A stretch of 64,000 bases of DNA from Octopus vulgaris (taxonomy: Eukaryota): assembly GCA_951406725.2 (NCBI GenBank), contig OX597821.1, positions 76,012,001 to 76,076,000 of the forward strand. The letters are read 5' to 3'. Below, one piece after another: positions 58,565 to 64,000 of this stretch; within the stretch, counting starts at the first letter, position 1; each line of letters opens with the position of its first letter. A program made the position numbers and the translations under genes. Below the pieces are notes generated by a model. It ran no database searches and was not told where the DNA came from. It saw nothing but the letters and a program-made list of their open reading frames with translations.

Positions 58565-58877
58565 TATTTCTTGCTTATAAGTTTTGTTTCTCAGATTCAT
58601 TATAGAAGACAAAAGGGTGCATATTTAAAAACCATCGGAACTTATACCGGATATGACAACCCAAGGATACACCCAGGAAACTTCTCATCATGAACATATA
58701 GCGCTTGTGATGAGAACGTCCGAGAGGATTAGTCGGTTTGCTTGTGTCTGTGTTTATAGTCCGGTGATGTATGTCAGCAACAGCTATACACATCAACGGG
58801 AATGCTGGTAAAACAACGCTTTTAATGAAATCCCTTGTTATACTTGTTCTGCCGTGTTACAGAAACGGTCACAGAAA

Positions 58878-58914
<37 letters not shown>

Positions 58915-59285
58915 GCCTAGCAGAAGAAACGGGAGGAGATGACTTACAAGCAGTATCATAAATACCTTAACTCAAAACGTGAATCAGTAGATCGCTTCCG
59001 CGAGTTTCTTGTTGAGGTAAACTAGAACGGGAGTACATTTCGAAGTCCAAAGAGTGAAGAAATAAACTCACAGCTCTGAACTAATCTCGCACACTTCTCC
59101 CTTTTTTTAATATATGCTTCTTAAATATCCAGTTGTCAACCCGTGTGCTGAAATTCATATCACTGCATTTATGCACAAATTACATCAACGTGTGTCTCTA
59201 TAATCGTATATACATATGTGTGTGTGCATGTATGTATATATGTATGCATATATATCGATTATATGTATATATATATATTTCTCAT

Positions 59286-59363
<78 letters not shown>

Positions 59364-59427
59364 AATCTATCTATCTATATATCTATCTACCTATCTATCT
59401 ACCTACCTATATATCTACCGATCTTAT

Positions 59428-59615
59428 GACACGCTGTGTCTTTGAGCAGGATACTTTATTCTACGTTGCTCCAGAAGAGTGTGTTGGTAAAATTGAGTTG
59501 TAATTCAAAGGACCGGCCTTGTCACATTCTGTATCGCCCTAAAATCTACGTTAACGATACGTGTGTCTGCGGAGTGCTCAACCACTTGCACGTTAATTTC
59601 ACGAGCTGGCTGATA
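59428..59615 (+). mobile_element. SINE family C' fragment lacking the head
   Basis: gtgtctttgagcaggatactttattctacgttgct..gtgtctgcggagtgctcaaccacttgcacgttaatttcacgagc. Confidence 0.7.
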
Positions 59616-59661
59616 GGACAAACTAGAATTCATACACATGCACACACACACGCACACACAA

Positions 59662-59692
<31 letters not shown>

Positions 59693-59706
59693 CACACTCA
59701 CACACA

Positions 59707-59747
<41 letters not shown>

Positions 59748-59926
59748 ATAGATAGATAGATATACATGCATATATATACCTACATACATACATATGTATA
59801 TATCTGTGTGTGTGTGTGTGTGTATATACATGGATACATACAGGTATGGCTATAATTCGCTTTATTCATTTCTTTATTATTATTAGAAATTGGTAAATCG
59901 ACTTATGGCCATCCCTGTTTGTATCA

Positions 59927-60215
59927 GGTGCAAGGCTCAGTGGTTAGGGCGTCGTACTTACGGTTGCGAGGTCGTGGGTTCCATTCCCAGAGTGGCCGTT
60001 ACGTTCTGCTCTTGAGCAAAGCACTTCATTTCACGTTGCTTTGCGATCATTTCGTCATCTGACATATGGCACCCAGTTGCACATGGACAGGTAATGTCGA
60101 TCTGACGGAGGGAGTGATCTAATGTCTACACAAACATTTGATGACTATAAATAAATCATTTGGGTGGTTGTTCGGTAAGAACCCTCATAGTTCGTCAAAC
60201 AACGGGAGAGTCAAT
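59927..60215 (+). mobile_element. tRNA-derived SINE, further family (D)
   Basis: A-box ggctcagtggttaggg, B-box ggttccattccc and central cttgagcaaagcactt..tttcacgttgct. Confidence 0.7.
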
Positions 60216-60253
60216 GCTCTCTCTGTCTGTCTGACTCTCTCTCTCTCTCTCTC

Positions 60254-60286
<33 letters not shown>

Positions 60287-60306
60287 GCACACATATAAAT
60301 ATACGC

Positions 60307-60354
<48 letters not shown>

Positions 60355-60400
60355 TCATTATTTTATACATACATATAAAACATATTTTATTCTTAGTAGT

Positions 60401-60468
<68 letters not shown>

Positions 60469-60911
60469 ATTATGTTTATATATACATATATATATTTGTT
60501 TATATCCATACATATTTATATATGTATACATATATATAAATATACATATACATAAATATGTGTATATATATTTATATAACATATATATATGTATACACAC
60601 ACGTGTGTATGCAAAAATGTACGTACGTTTGTGTGTACGTGTTTATGAATATGTGTATGTGTGTACGCACTTTTGCATGTATGAATGTATGTGTGGAATT
60701 CAGGAAAATTATTATGAAAAAAAAAATAAGTGTAGAGTAAGGCTATAGCATATCATCACAAAGCCAAGACCAGTGGTATATAATCTTTTGTTCGTAAATG
60801 TCGCCGTATTACGTCTATATCTGCCATGTTACTTTACTGATGCTGTTAACTACGTTAATACTTCGATTTATATATATGCAAACACGCACCTCATGCATAC
60901 TTTTATATACA

Positions 60912-61008
<97 letters not shown>

Positions 61009-61015
61009 TTATATA

Positions 61016-61056
<41 letters not shown>

Positions 61057-61078
61057 TATACATATATATGTATGTATC

Positions 61079-61145
<67 letters not shown>

Positions 61146-61908
61146 TCATCTACGTATATACGTATGTGTGTGTACGTGTGTATGTATATGTATGTATATA
61201 AACGCATAGAATGAAAAAGCGAAAGGGAGAGAAGGTATGTTTGACCTTCCCTTCACAAGTTCATTTCTACTGTGTATGTGTATATATATATATACATACA
61301 TATATCTGTGTCTGTGTGTTGTGTATTTATCTATTTATCTGTTTCTCTGTGTGTTTGTTTACTGTGCGGTGGGGGCGATGGGGCGATGGGGCGCGCGGGC
61401 GAACGGGCGGGCGGGCGGGCGGGCGGTGAGGATTCGAGTAATCAGCTCTGCTGACAATGCATCTCATCCATTATTTTCCCCCTTCTTTGTCATGAAATAT
61501 TCCATCAGAATCTCCATTAAAACTTTGTTCCAAATGGACTCTTACACCAATTATTACTGACACTCCGCCAAAACCATTTACACACACACACGCACACTCA
61601 GACACACACACACACACGTACACATACACATTTCGCCGTAGATTTACACAACACAGTCTATATCTTCCTCAACTTTTCTCTCATCCACTCCTCAAACCAA
61701 AAAATAATATAAATATTAAAAAAGCATAATCGACCTAAAAAATAAGATAATAACCAAAATATTAAAAAAAAAAACACGGAATTGTTTATTCCACTTCTGT
61801 TTATTTTATGTATGATTTTTTTAATGTTTTTTTTTTTTTTTGGTATATTTATATATTCACTATTTTCTATATTTCAATACGGAATTGTTTGTGTTTCTAT
61901 TTGTCTGC

Positions 61909-61960
<52 letters not shown>

Positions 61961-62134
61961 CTGTGTGCGTGTGTGTACGTAACCCTCTTTCTTTTGATGG
62001 ATTCATGTAACACTTTTATTTGCTCTCTTATATGCCATCACAATTTTTGTTGGTTTCAGAGAGCAGTCCGTTTACGAGATATCATCACTGGGCTACGAAT
62101 GAGTGTGTGTTTGTGTGTAAGTGTATGTGTGTGT

Positions 62135-62205
<71 letters not shown>

Positions 62206-62340
62206 CGTGTGTGTGTGAAAATGGTTACCGGTCGTTGCCTCTGAAAACTGGTCGGGTTTGGGTAGTCTCGGTGGATATTTTAAGTAGATAGACAGATAGC
62301 CAAACTGATAGGTCTTCGTTCGCCTATCATTATTACTATG

Positions 62341-62411
<71 letters not shown>

Positions 62412-62476
62412 TATTATTATTACTATTATTATTATTACTATTATTATTATTATTATTATTATTATCATTATTATTA

Positions 62477-62538
<62 letters not shown>

Positions 62539-62720
62539 GGTATTGTTGCTGTTGTTATTGTTAGTATGATTATTACTTTATTTTCATTGATGTTGTCATC
62601 ATAATCATGTCCGCTTCATCACCACCTCCACCACCACCACCACCATCATAAGCATTCATCATCATCATCATCATCATCATCACTATCATCATCATCATCA
62701 TCATCATTGTCATAATCATC
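60215..62720. repeat. Microsatellite-rich block: (TA)n, (TG)n, (ATT)n, (CAT)n
   Basis: Directly visible. Confidence 0.9.
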
Positions 62721-63230
62721 TGACAGAGATAACTGCTGCACTGATTCATTTTTATTTATATTCCGGCCATATCGAGAAATCTGTTTCTAGTTAGGTGGGT
62801 TGTTTTTTTTCCCTCACCTTGTTTTTTTTTCTTCATCATATGAAAAGGCCAAACCAGCTTTCATATTGAAGTAGCTTTAGTTGCTCCTGCTGCTGCTGCT
62901 GCTGCTGTTGCTGCTGTTGCTGCTGCTGCTATTATTTCAATAGTTTTTTTTTTATCGCGTGCTTTCACAGTACGACTGAACACAGCTCTACACGTATTGA
63001 GTATGTAGAGTACTTTGTTAGGGGTTTGTGGTTTCTATTGCATTGAAAGTACTCTTCTTGGCAGCGCCTTGTACACCATTATTTTCTACGATGAATTTCC
63101 ATACAAGTTCACAGATGTTGCATGGTCATTTGCCTGTATTTTCATTTATCTGCACCTACCCACTTGTTATTACTGGTATTGTTTCTTCTTTCAGTCCCCT
63201 ATAATTTGGTTATCTCTAATCTCTAACATA

Positions 63231-63394
63231 TAGGCGCAGAAGTGGCTGTGTGGCAAGTAGCTTGCTTACCAACCACATGGTTCCGGGTTCAGTCCCACTG
63301 CCTGGCACCTTGGGCAAGTGCCTTCTACTATAGCCTCGGGCCGACCAAAGCCGTGTGAGTGGATTTGGTCGACGGAAACTGAAAGAAGCCCGTC

Positions 63395-63460
<66 letters not shown>

Positions 63461-63685
63461 TTGTGTGTCTGTGTTTATCCCCCCAACATCGCTTGACAAC
63501 CGACGCTGGTGTGTTTACATCCCCGTAACTTAGCGGTTCGGCAAGAAAGTCCGATAGAATAAGTACTAGGCTTACAAAGAATGTCTTGGAGTAGATTTGC
63601 TCGGCTAAAGGCGGTGCTCCAGCATGGCCACAGTCAAAGGACTGAAAAAAATGACTGAAAAAAAATAAAAGTGAAAGTAAGTAAA
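63231..63685 (+). mobile_element. SINE family A, full length (reference for the split copy at 923-3600)
   Basis: taggcgcagaagtggctgtgtggcaagtagcttgcttaccaaccacatggttccgggttcagtccc..ggcggtgctccagcatggccacagtc. Confidence 0.9.
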
Positions 63686-64000
63686 GTATATTTGGTCACT
63701 AACACCATTTGCTTTCTGTCCTCAGTTACTCATTCTGGAGACTTCTTTTCCTGACAGTCATTGACACTAATATACAAAACAACTTTCTCTGATCACCACG
63801 GATGTCCGAAGTGGTAAGTCCCAAGTGTCCTTCGTTCTTCTAGAAGACATTTTTGTGGGGTATGTTTGTATCATCACTTTTCCGTCGGTTCTTTGTTGGT
63901 GTTGCTACTGCATCAAGAAAATCTATGGTTAATCCTTTAGCATTCAGTGTTAATCCTTTAGCTGTCAAGTGTAAAGCTTATTTATTTACATTGCTTTGAA

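Noticed and set aside
63929-64000. ttaatcctttagc repeat, possible TTAA-type (piggyBac-like) MITE end
   Set aside because: Cut off by the window edge, so the partner TIR cannot be seen.

Overview
AT-rich, microsatellite-saturated eukaryotic DNA with no recognisable host protein-coding exon; probably intergenic or intronic. The SINE families and repeat landscape look like an octopus (cephalopod) genome, which is an inference from recall and not a search result. Nearly all ORFs in the track are artefacts of simple repeats. Real coding remnants all belong to transposable elements: an RTE LINE 3' end, mariner and Tc1 transposase fragments, CR1/Jockey-like RT remnants and RLE-type (R4/NeSL-like) endonuclease ends. 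The window also holds many tRNA-derived SINEs and several MITEs. Two things stand out. (1) A 2.25-kb ORF1-only, HAL1-like retroelement (962-3210) sits inside a SINE head with a perfect 15-bp target-site duplication (TSD). (2) A dispersed set of Penelope/retrozyme-type minimal hammerhead ribozyme motifs occurs in non-coding elements of two architectures: ~346-nt partial tandem repeats (54052-54484, 58106-58564) and head-to-head palindromes (10615-11232, 31351-31780, possibly 56670-57035). One palindrome couples a tRNA-like Pol III head to a hammerhead.
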